From: Oligoflexus sp.
Lineage (GTDB): Bacteria > Bdellovibrionota_B > Oligoflexia > Oligoflexales > Oligoflexaceae
NCBI GenBank assembly: GCA_041736305.1
Contig: JBGSTX010000252.1
Location: forward strand, 1 to 14,093
DNA: 14,093 nt
Direction of reading: 5' to 3'
Part shown: positions 1 to 8,040 of the stretch, piece after piece
Layout of the letters: the number at the start of each line of letters is the position of its first letter
Numbering within the stretch: position 1 is the first letter of the stretch
Notes under the pieces: model-generated
The model's input: only the letters and a program-made list of their open reading frames with translations
What the model was told of the DNA's origin: nothing
Databases searched by the model: none
Translations under genes and position numbers: made by a program

Positions 1-1042
1 GTTCGAGTTGGGCCGAGAGCTTCTTAAGAAAGTGCTTGCTGAGGAGGGGTATATCGCTTTTTCGCTCCCGCAGCGGGGGGATAGAAACGGGAATAACATC
101 GAGCCGATAGAAAAGGTCTTCTCGAAAGCGCCCCTCGCTGATCTCTTCTTCTAGCTCACGATTGGTTGCTGCCACCAGTCGGGCCGAAAATTCCAGATCC
201 TTTGTCCCGCCGACGCGTCGATAGCGTTTGTACTCTATGACCCGTAGAAGTTTGGCCTGTAATTTGAGAGGCATTTCACCGATTTCATCGAGGAAAACTG
301 TGCCTCCGCGAGCCATCTCGAAGAGTCCAGGCTTGCGTTCGCGAGCATCGGTAAATGCACCTTTTTCGTGCCCGAAGAGTTCGCTTTCGAGGAGGGTCTC
401 GGGAATGCTGGCACAGTTGATCTCGACAAAGGGTTCCTGAGCCCGCGGTGACCACTCATGAACCGCTCGAGCCGCCAATTCTTTGCCAGATCCGCTCTCG
501 CCGAGGATCAGGACCGTATCGGCCTTGCTACGCGCCACTCGCTCGAGCACCTGGCGCAGCTTTTCTATCGGAGCTGAGCTGCCAATGATCTGGAACGGCT
601 CTAGCGGCTTCTCCTTGCCTTCCAGCTGTTTGACGCGTCGGCGGAGATGGCCGACCTCGCCAGCTCGCACTATGGCAGCTATGAGAGCTTCAGTTGCGAA
701 AGGTTTCTGGAGATAATCATAAGCGCCGAGGCGGAGGGCAGTAATAGCGGAATCGATGGCAGCGTGCGCCGTCATTAAAATGACCGGCATTTCAGCTTGC
801 GTTCGCTTCCACTCCATCACCATTTCAAGGCCGTTGCCGTCGGGTAGATTGATATCGCTGATCGCCAAATCGGCATTAAAACCAGGAAAAAGCGATTGGG
901 CCTGAGCTAGTGAATGCGCCATCAGCACGTTGAGGCCATGGACTTCGAGTTCTTTGCTGATCAAGCGCGCCAGCGAGATATCGTCGTCGAGGAGGAAGAC
1001 TCGTAAACCTCTTAAATCCGACGTAGTCCATTTGGTAGTCAT
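1..1042 (-). CDS. Sigma-54-dependent NtrC-family response regulator (receiver + AAA+), 3' end beyond the window edge
   Basis: Not in the ORF track; translated by hand from ATG at 1042 (MTTKWTTSDLRGLRVFLLDDD...). Receiver motifs LLDDD, SDINLPDGNG, LMTAH, YLQKPF; Walker A GESGSGKE; ESELFGHEKGAFTDA; Walker B VFLDEIGEM; LVAATNR; FREDLFYRL; PPLRER. Confidence 0.95.
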   Translation of the reverse strand, partial: MTTKWTTSDLRGLRVFLLDDDISLARLISKELEVHGLNVLMAHSLAQAQSLFPGFNADLAISDINLPDGNGLEMVMEWKRTQAEMPVILMTAHAAIDSAITALRLGAYDYLQKPFATEALIAAIVRAGEVGHLRRRVKQLEGKEKPLEPFQIIGSSAPIEKLRQVLERVARSKADTVLILGESGSGKELAARAVHEWSPRAQEPFVEINCASIPETLLESELFGHEKGAFTDARERKPGLFEMARGGTVFLDEIGEMPLKLQAKLLRVIEYKRYRRVGGTKDLEFSARLVAATNRELEEEISEGRFREDLFYRLDVIPVSIPPLRERKSDIPLLSKHFLKKLSAQLE

Positions 1043-1167
1043 CTCTGTTTTCCTCTGCGCTGAGGTAAAGCCGCAAGTAGTACCAGCTCATTCCATGCGT
1101 ATGCATCCGCATCATACTCGTGGACCTCAGGGCAGGAAAGGGGCTTTGTCCGCCTTTTGCGAATAGT

Positions 1168-2562
1168 TCAAAGGTACCATTCTTGCTGAACACAGCTCTC
1201 GGAGACTCGCGTCTTTAAGCTTTCGCGCAAGATTGTCGCAAGATGCTGCTGCGCTTCGGGTTCCCCATGGTTGAGAAGAATGTGCTGACTGAGGCTGCGA
1301 TTGCCGTTAAGCCAGCTGACTATTTCCGAATAGTCTGCATGGGACGAAAGCGAATCAATAGTGGCAATTTCGGCTTCAACCGACACTTCTTGATGGTGAA
1401 TGCGCATTTTCCCGAGAATTTTCGCTTGTTCCTGGAGAAAACGCCCTTTGCTACCCAGCGCTTGGTAACCGCTGAAAATAACCATATTCCGGGGATCTGG
1501 GAGCCGATGCTTGAGGTGATGCAGAATGCGACCGCCGCTGAGCATGCCCGACGCTGAGATGATAATGGCCGGGCCGTCCATCATGGTAGCGAGCATGGAG
1601 TCGTCCACACTCTCAACAGCCTGGAAATTTCGAGGATAGAATTGTTCGGTAGTGGGGCCGAATCCGGAGTTGAGGATCTGATCCTCATTGCGATCGAGGA
1701 AGACGTTGAGAGCTTTGCGGGACATGGGACTATCGAGAAGTACAGGGACCTGAGGGATACTCCCTAATCGCTCGAGTTCCCCAATCAGATACATGATTTC
1801 CTGGGATCGTCCGACAGCAAAGGCTGGGATGACAGCGATCCCTTTTCTTGCGATCACTCGCGAAAGGCAGGTTCCTAATTGAACGAGCGAACTCTCTGGT
1901 GCATGTATGCGTTGGCCGTAGGTTGATTCCAGCACCAGTGTGTCAGGTTCATCAATGTTCTCGGGTCCCTTCAAGATAGCTGAGCGATAGTTCCCGAGAT
2001 CACCGCTGAAGGTTATGGTTCGGCTTTCATCCCCCATTCCGAAACGGAAGCGCAGGAAGCTCGAGCCGATGAGATGGCCCGAACGCGAGAGATACAGGCT
2101 CAATCCATTCCCGAGATCGTGCCACTTATTGCGCTCCAGAATGCGGAACTGGGTCATGACTTGTTCGACATCCTCGCTCGTGAAGAGCGGACTCGGATCT
2201 GCGTGGCGCGAATAACCAGTTTTGCGGGCGAAGCGTGCGGTTTCTTCTTCGAGGTGAGCTGAATCCTGAAGGATGATGTCGGCGAGCTGATAGGTTCCTT
2301 GCGAGCAGTAGATGGGGCCACGAAAACCTTCCTTGCAAAGACGCGGGAGGTAGCCGCAATGGTCGAGATGCGCATGAGTGAGGAAAACAGCATCGATATC
2401 TTTCGCCGGAATCTCTAGACTTTCGCGATTCCTGTTTCTGAGCTCGGGTGGTCCCTGAAAGATGCCACAGTCGACGAGATAGCGTTTTGATCCGTGCTTG
2501 ACGAGAGTTTTACTCCCCGTAACAGAATCGAATGCACCTAAGAATTTCAGAGAAATAGTCAT
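1168..2562 (-). CDS. MBL-fold metallo-hydrolase, beta-CASP family (probable ribonuclease)
   Basis: 464 aa with VTGS, VDCG, THAHLDHCG (HxHxDH), GHLIGS, FSGDLG, ESTYG, PAFAVGRSQE, SSHAD and NHGE motifs. Confidence 0.93.
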   Translation of the reverse strand: MTISLKFLGAFDSVTGSKTLVKHGSKRYLVDCGIFQGPPELRNRNRESLEIPAKDIDAVFLTHAHLDHCGYLPRLCKEGFRGPIYCSQGTYQLADIILQDSAHLEEETARFARKTGYSRHADPSPLFTSEDVEQVMTQFRILERNKWHDLGNGLSLYLSRSGHLIGSSFLRFRFGMGDESRTITFSGDLGNYRSAILKGPENIDEPDTLVLESTYGQRIHAPESSLVQLGTCLSRVIARKGIAVIPAFAVGRSQEIMYLIGELERLGSIPQVPVLLDSPMSRKALNVFLDRNEDQILNSGFGPTTEQFYPRNFQAVESVDDSMLATMMDGPAIIISASGMLSGGRILHHLKHRLPDPRNMVIFSGYQALGSKGRFLQEQAKILGKMRIHHQEVSVEAEIATIDSLSSHADYSEIVSWLNGNRSLSQHILLNHGEPEAQQHLATILRESLKTRVSESCVQQEWYL

Positions 2563-2755
2563 GCGATCTCCGTGGCAAGGTTCAGGCCCTGTCCCGGATA
2601 TTCAATTTCAATGCCAAATATATCTCATTACTTATGGATACTTAGACCTACTTTTTCTCAGCCAGATGAGGCCTTTGCCACTAGCTGTGGCAGATGACGC
2701 AAGGTGAGGCGAGGATGGAGAGCTTCGGGAATCGGAAACTCTCGTGAGCATAATT

Positions 2756-3862
2756 CTAAAGGGCGTAAACGCTACGAATTATTTGCGCGTCGCCTTTCTC
2801 AAAGATGTCATCCAGTGCAGCCGAAACACTGTTGATAATAGCGCTTCTAAAAACCTCATACCCGTTTGATGTACCCAAGTTGAGATCTTTGCTGATATCC
2901 CCATTGATATTCACAGTAGTGCGAGCGTAGCTGCAGAGAGTCTCATCGGCAGGGTCGCGGGCTTTGCCGTCGCCACAAATAAAGTTGAATGCCTCGTATC
3001 CCATGCCGAGGAGCACCAGAGCAGCTCCGGCAGGATCAGCGGCAGTGGTGGCTCTGCGAGCATTCTTAAAGAAGGCTACAAGAGCTTGGGTCTGCTCGCC
3101 TGGATCCTTGCTGAGATCGATGCTATTCAGATTCCTGCGGAAGGCATCCCAGTTCACGTTAACGGAAATATCCCGGTCGAAGCTACCCTGGACCTTATGC
3201 GATTCGAAGCCAAGCTTCGGCAGCATGGACCATGTCGTAGCGGCGGCTGAACTCACAGCCGAGCCAGCCGAGATTTCTACTGAGCGGTATTGGAGCTGTG
3301 CAAGGGTTTTCTTCTGCTGAAACCTAAGGGTATTGGCATTTACTTTTTGTTCGCTGCCCTCAATATCGAACTGAGTTAGTCGCACCGTCATCGCCAATTC
3401 ATTAGGATGCAGCGTTGGCTTCCAGCTCTCTTGCGCTCCGGAGTCCAAAGTCTTTAGAACGCAACGCATTTTTTTAACTTTACGAACAAAGCTGCTCCGG
3501 AGCGGTTTAGGGAAGATCCCACGAGGCTTCGCATGGGCTAACCAAAACTTAGCGCTAGCGTCACGGCAGGCTTGGTCCAGCAAAGGAGCCATCTTAGCTG
3601 AGTCGCCGGCCATGCTGATGATGGAGAGACCTAAATCAGAGAGGTAATCGTTTTTAGGGACGAGAAGCGCAAGCGTAAAGCAGCCGCCGGGCGCGGTGCC
3701 GACACAGAAATTTGGATCGGACAGCGGAACGTTGGGTTGATCGGCTGACATATCGCTCTCAGTTTCTGAGGAGCTATTGGTATTGCTAGTGGACTTACAA
3801 GCATTCAGCGCCAGGAGACTGAAGCATAGAATCGCGGATCGGCTAAGCAGAGGATTTTTCAT
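2756..3862 (-). CDS. Hypothetical lipoprotein
   Basis: 368-aa ORF; N-terminus MKNPLLSRSAILCFSLLALNAC has basic and hydrophobic regions and a lipobox-like LNAC, followed by a Ser/Thr-rich linker. No domain recognised. Confidence 0.75.
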   Translation of the reverse strand: MKNPLLSRSAILCFSLLALNACKSTSNTNSSSETESDMSADQPNVPLSDPNFCVGTAPGGCFTLALLVPKNDYLSDLGLSIISMAGDSAKMAPLLDQACRDASAKFWLAHAKPRGIFPKPLRSSFVRKVKKMRCVLKTLDSGAQESWKPTLHPNELAMTVRLTQFDIEGSEQKVNANTLRFQQKKTLAQLQYRSVEISAGSAVSSAAATTWSMLPKLGFESHKVQGSFDRDISVNVNWDAFRRNLNSIDLSKDPGEQTQALVAFFKNARRATTAADPAGAALVLLGMGYEAFNFICGDGKARDPADETLCSYARTTVNINGDISKDLNLGTSNGYEVFRSAIINSVSAALDDIFEKGDAQIIRSVYAL

Positions 3863-3967
3863 CGCTTACAAGCTCTAGTGGAGATGTTTTAAAATTTTGC
3901 TAATTGTAAACCTAGCGAGCTATTACCGTCAAATTCTGTTTAGTATTCTCAAGCCGTAACATTTTTT

Positions 3968-4204
3968 GGCCTCGCCTATGGCGTCGGCCACTGGTCAATT
4001 AAACTTAGCCTTTGACATTGGCTTGGCCTTCGCCTTTGGGGTGATCGTGATCCTAGCCCAACCCTTTACCTTTAGGCTTATGCTTGGTTTTCGCCGAAGT
4101 GGTAAGGGCAAGGCCTTGCGCCGACGATCACGATCACGCACAAGGCAATGGCAAGGTCTAAGGCTAGGTCAAAGAACTGAGTGGCCGACGCCATAGGCGA
4201 GGCC
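3968..4204. mobile_element. 237-bp MITE/REPIN-like palindromic element, copy 1
   Basis: Perfect 25-bp TIR GGCCTCGCCTATGGCGTCGGCCACT (3968-3992, reverse complement at 4180-4204); internal IR GTGATCGTGATC (4041-4052)/GATCACGATCAC (4126-4137); 232/237 identical to 10162-10398; intergenic. Confidence 0.85.
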
Positions 4205-4314
4205 GATTTAAGGCTAATTGAAAGGCCATCTGAATTACCTTGTTTCAAACACTATGACAGCTTCGCAGCTTATTGATCTGCTAAGAAAAATGGTCTTTAT
4301 CAGAGGAAATTAAT

Positions 4315-5310
4315 ATTAATTTTATATTTCGATGCGTCGCTACCTTCTTGGTAATAAATGCTGCTCTTCTGCTGAGTCTAAATTCTTCTTTTGCTACGGT
4401 TTCGCAGGAAATGGTCAAAGTACCAGGAGGTCGCTTTGAGATGGGCTGCAAAGATTGCAAGCTGCAAGATGCACTACCACTGCATCCGGTGGAAATCTCA
4501 AGCTTTTGGATGGACATAACTCCTGTCACGAACGCCGCGTTTGCAAAATTCGTCGCTGCGACCCAGTATAAAAGTATCGCTGAACGTAAGCCCAATCCCA
4601 AAGACTACCCAGACGTCCCGCCTGAAAAGCTCGTCCCTGGATCGGGAGTGTTCCAATCACCCTTAAGTATCGATTCGCTCGCTCATCCACTGCAATGGTG
4701 GGTATATATGGAAGGTGCAAATTGGCGCCAACCAGAGGGCCCTAAAAGCAACATTAAAAGCAGAACGGAATACCCTGTCGTTCACGTCGCGCATCCTGAC
4801 GCGGCGGCTTACTGTCGCTGGGCCGGAAAACGACTGCCGACCGAAGCCGAATTTGAATATGCGGCGCGAGGGGGACTCGTAGGTAAACGCTATGCCTGGG
4901 GTGAGCAACTTAAGCGAGATGGTAAGTGGATGGCTAATATCTGGCAAGGCACCTTTCCCGTGCAAAATTCTCGTGACGATGGGTTCGAAGCTACCTCACC
5001 GGTGCGTTCATTCCCTCCTAATGGATACGGGCTCTACGATGTCGGTGGCAACATTTGGCAATGGACGTCCGACTGGTATCGAGCTGATACCTATGCAAAA
5101 GCAGCTGCGAGCGGCATCAGCCGCAACCCAAAAGGACCTGATAGCAGCGAAGATCCTGAAGAACCAAAAGTCCCAAAATACGTTCAGCGCGGTGGCTCTT
5201 ATCTTTGTAGCGACCGCTATTGCACCCGCTATCTAGTCGGTTCGCGCGGGAAGGGGGCCGTCGATAGCAGTGGTTCGAATATAGGTTTTCGCTGTGCGCG
5301 CGATATTTGA
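4315..5310 (+). CDS. Formylglycine-generating enzyme (FGE/SUMF1 family, sulfatase-modifying factor)
   Basis: GRFEMG, PVTNAAF, PVVHV, KRLPTEAEFEYAARGG, PNGYGLYDVGGNIWQW, RGGSYLCSDRYC (CxxxxC catalytic pair), GFRC. The track start is TTG 4348; an in-frame ATT at 4315 with GAGGA 7 nt upstream gives a better signal peptide, so the start is uncertain. Confidence 0.92.
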   Translation: MNFIFRCVATFLVINAALLLSLNSSFATVSQEMVKVPGGRFEMGCKDCKLQDALPLHPVEISSFWMDITPVTNAAFAKFVAATQYKSIAERKPNPKDYPDVPPEKLVPGSGVFQSPLSIDSLAHPLQWWVYMEGANWRQPEGPKSNIKSRTEYPVVHVAHPDAAAYCRWAGKRLPTEAEFEYAARGGLVGKRYAWGEQLKRDGKWMANIWQGTFPVQNSRDDGFEATSPVRSFPPNGYGLYDVGGNIWQWTSDWYRADTYAKAAASGISRNPKGPDSSEDPEEPKVPKYVQRGGSYLCSDRYCTRYLVGSRGKGAVDSSGSNIGFRCARDI

Positions 5311-5401
5311 TGCATTTCTTGCGCTTCGTAAAGAAAGAACGTGTCCATCCTTTTGTTGCGGTTTGGCACTAAAAAACGTTAGTTGAGTCGAGGAGACATA
5401 A

Positions 5402-7783
5402 ATGGTTTTTTACCTTCCTAGGAAAGCTACCCTTGCGGTATGCGCTCTTTTAATTTCGGGCTACGCTATGGCCCAAGCGTCCCTCCCATTTCCAGATCCT
5501 CCATCGCCTAGCACGGCGAGACGAACGATGCAGGAATCCACCTATAAGCGCCAGAAGCCTGTTCAGCATCTTCGGAAAGACGCGCCTAACATTCTGATTA
5601 TCATGCTTGACGATGTTGGCCCTGGCTTACCAAGTACCTATGGTGGCCTCATCAACACTCCCACTCTAACTCGCGTCGCCAATAGTGGAATTTCTTATAA
5701 CCGCTTCCATAACGCGGCTATGTGCTCACCAACACGAGCTGCCCTGCTCACGGGCCGCAACCATCATCGCGTTGGCAACGGACAGATCACCGAACTATCG
5801 AATAACTGGGACGGTTATACGGGAGTTATTCCCACAAGTTCCGCCACGGTTGCGAAAGTTTTAGGCGCTTATGGCTATAAGACGTCCGCATTCGGCAAAT
5901 GGCACAACACGCCAGCCACCGACACAGGTCCGATGGGTCCATTTGCGAAGTGGCCCACGGGAGAGCGAACGGGGTTTGATTACTTCTATGGTTTCCTCGC
6001 CGGAGAGTCCTCGCAGTGGGAGCCGAAAATTGTAGAAAATACTAATCAGCTACCAATGCCGCACAAGCCTAAGTACCATTTTACTGAGGATATGACGGAT
6101 AAGGCCATTGCTTGGCTTCGTCAACGAAAAGCGGCCACCCCTGACGCTCCTTTCATGATGTATTGGGCGCCGGGTGCAGCTCACGGTCCGCACCATATAT
6201 TCAAAGAATGGGCAGACAAGTATAAGGGCAAATTTGATGAGGGTTGGGACAAAATGCGCGAACGTCAGTTTGCACAGCAAAAGGCAAACGGATGGATCCC
6301 AGCAAATACAGTGCTCACGCCTCGGCCAAGTTCTATGGCGTCTTGGGAAAGCATCCCTGCAGCCGAGAAACCTTTTCAACTTCGCCTCATGGAGACCTTT
6401 GCAGGCTTCGTTGAACATACCGACACCCAAGCTGGTCGGGTAATCGACGAGCTTGAATCCCAAGGCATTCTTGATAATACTCTCGTCTTCTACATTCTGA
6501 GCGACAACGGCTCCAGTGCTGAAGGTCAAAACGGAACAATCAGCGAGCTTCTGGCTCAGAACAGTATTACTACCAAGGTCGAGGATCATATCCGAGCCTT
6601 GAATGAGCTCGGCGGCTTGGATGTCATCGGCTCGGCCAAGACTGATAACATGTATCACGCAGGCTGGGCATGGGCAGGCAGCACGCCTTTTCAAGCTACG
6701 AAGCTCGTTGCCTCACACTTCGGCGGGACGCGGACCCCTATGGCTGTTTCTTGGCCGCGAACAATTAAATCAGACAAGACGCCTCGCTCACAGTTCCATC
6801 ATGTAAACGACATTGTTCCCACCATCTACGACATCGTCGGTATTGAAGCTCCCAAGACTGTTGACGGTGTCGCTCAAGAACCGATTGATGGGGTGAGTTT
6901 GCAATACAGCTTTGCCACCGCAACGGCTCCTGGGCGCAAAAAATCTCAATACTTCGAGATCATGGGCAGCCGAGCTATCTACATGGACGAGTGGATAGCA
7001 TCTACCTTCGGCCCTCGTACGCCTTGGCTTCCAGGACTGCCCCCGGGCATTAAAGAATGGAATCCCGACCAGGATACGTGGGAGCTCTATGATCTGCGAA
7101 AAGATTTCTCTCAAGGCAAGGACTTAGCGAAGAACGAGCCAAAGCGCCTTGAAGACATGAAAAAGACCTTCGATAAGGTCGCTAAGGACAACAAAGTATA
7201 CCCAATTGGTGGCGGCCTCTGGTCGATTGCAATGCATCCCGAAGACGCACCAAAAAATCCAGCCACGGTGTTCAACTACACTGGCGAAACTGTTGCGGTT
7301 CCGGAGTTTATCGCTCCAAAAGTCGGTAGCGTAAGCAACCTCGTGACGATCGAAGCTGAGCTTCTTCCTGATGCGAAAGGTGTGCTCTATGCGCTGGGAG
7401 CTTTCTCGGGTGGACTTGCACTTTGGGTAGAAAATGGAGCCTTGACTTACGAGTACAACCTTTTTGAAATCGAGCGTACCCAGATCGCTTCAAAAGGAAA
7501 GCTACCGACAGGCCTGGTCAAAATCGAGATTGAAACGCAACGTGGCAAGGGCCATGTCGCTCCATTGGATGTAGTGATACGAGTAAATGGTGCAGAGGTG
7601 GCCAAGGGCCGAGTGCCACGCGCAGCACCCCTAATGTTTACAGCAAACGATACCTTCGATGTTGGTATGGATAACTTCTCACCGGTTTCTCTCGCCTACT
7701 TCGATCGAGCTCCCTTTAAATACTCAGGGAAGATAAACACGCTCGATGTTCGCTACCTTGAAACTACGCCGGCCACGCATTGA
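5402..7783 (+). CDS. Exported Cys-type arylsulfatase with C-terminal beta-rich (probably LamG/ConA-like) extension
   Basis: PNILIIMLDDVG, sulfatase signature CSPTRAALLTGR (CxPxR), FGKWH, GFDYFYGF, HGPH, SDNG; signal peptide ending AMA-QA; RBS GAGGAG upstream. Confidence 0.95.
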   Translation: MVFYLPRKATLAVCALLISGYAMAQASLPFPDPPSPSTARRTMQESTYKRQKPVQHLRKDAPNILIIMLDDVGPGLPSTYGGLINTPTLTRVANSGISYNRFHNAAMCSPTRAALLTGRNHHRVGNGQITELSNNWDGYTGVIPTSSATVAKVLGAYGYKTSAFGKWHNTPATDTGPMGPFAKWPTGERTGFDYFYGFLAGESSQWEPKIVENTNQLPMPHKPKYHFTEDMTDKAIAWLRQRKAATPDAPFMMYWAPGAAHGPHHIFKEWADKYKGKFDEGWDKMRERQFAQQKANGWIPANTVLTPRPSSMASWESIPAAEKPFQLRLMETFAGFVEHTDTQAGRVIDELESQGILDNTLVFYILSDNGSSAEGQNGTISELLAQNSITTKVEDHIRALNELGGLDVIGSAKTDNMYHAGWAWAGSTPFQATKLVASHFGGTRTPMAVSWPRTIKSDKTPRSQFHHVNDIVPTIYDIVGIEAPKTVDGVAQEPIDGVSLQYSFATATAPGRKKSQYFEIMGSRAIYMDEWIASTFGPRTPWLPGLPPGIKEWNPDQDTWELYDLRKDFSQGKDLAKNEPKRLEDMKKTFDKVAKDNKVYPIGGGLWSIAMHPEDAPKNPATVFNYTGETVAVPEFIAPKVGSVSNLVTIEAELLPDAKGVLYALGAFSGGLALWVENGALTYEYNLFEIERTQIASKGKLPTGLVKIEIETQRGKGHVAPLDVVIRVNGAEVAKGRVPRAAPLMFTANDTFDVGMDNFSPVSLAYFDRAPFKYSGKINTLDVRYLETTPATH

Positions 7784-7796
7784 TCCTTTGCAGATG

Positions 7797-7829
7797 AAAA
7801 AAGCAGTCCCCTCGCTTGGGGACTGTTTT
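7797..7829 (+). terminator. Intrinsic terminator after the sulfatase (possibly bidirectional)
   Basis: A-run, stem GCAGTCCCC (7803-7811), loop TCGCTT, GGGGACTGT, then a short T-run; the A-run starts 14 nt after the stop codon. Confidence 0.8.
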
Positions 7830-7980
7830 CGACCAGACGAGCTGTCTCCTAGGATAGCAATCTAGGTCGTGGGCTTCCTATTTTGAGCGCGAAATAACTC
7901 AAAAAACCCATAAATTCTTCCGAAATCTTCCTCGCAAAAATCGCATAATCACCGAATAACGTAGACTTATATCAGTTCAC

Positions 7981-8008
7981 TTTAGAAATAGGCAAAATCA
8001 GCCGATGA
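7981..8008 (+). promoter_or_regulatory. Possible sigma-28 (FliA)-type promoter
   Basis: TTTAG-N15-GCCGATGA compared with consensus TAAA-N15-GCCGATAA, ending 32 nt before ATG 8041; the -35 match is weak. Confidence 0.3.
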
Positions 8009-8040
8009 CGAAAGAGTTGTTCGTTCCATCGGAGTAGACT

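Noticed and set aside
228-1193. Short track ORFs 228-440, 235-459, 483-716, 876-1193 and 930-1166
   Set aside because: Shadow or alternate frames of the NtrC-family gene at 1-1042.
2676-2692. Hairpin TGCCAC-TAGCT-GTGGCA as a terminator
   Set aside because: Short stem with no adjacent U-tract on the relevant minus strand.
4012-4040. Perfect TTGACA inside the repeat as a portable promoter
   Set aside because: No -10 box at 16-18 bp spacing (the sequence there is TTTGGG-like).
3966-4196. 76-aa ORF within the repeat (also 10160-10390)
   Set aside because: No RBS; low-complexity product explained by the hexamer periodicity; 4 of the 5 inter-copy substitutions change amino acids, so there is no sign of coding constraint.
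3968-4204. Repeat as a CRISPR array or integron attC site
   Set aside because: No repeat-spacer periodicity, no cas or integrase gene, and no RYYYAAC...GTTRRRY ends.
6050-7493. Antisense and alternate-frame ORFs within the sulfatase, and similar ones at 8074-8445, 8595-8996, 9203-9727 and 13519-14007
   Set aside because: Largely or fully overlap well-supported genes and have no recognisable motifs.
7988-8035. c-di-GMP-I riboswitch suggested by GGCAAA...GAAAG
   Set aside because: The GGCAAA and GAAA are not in the proper stem context, and the GACGCAAAG junction and second stem are missing.
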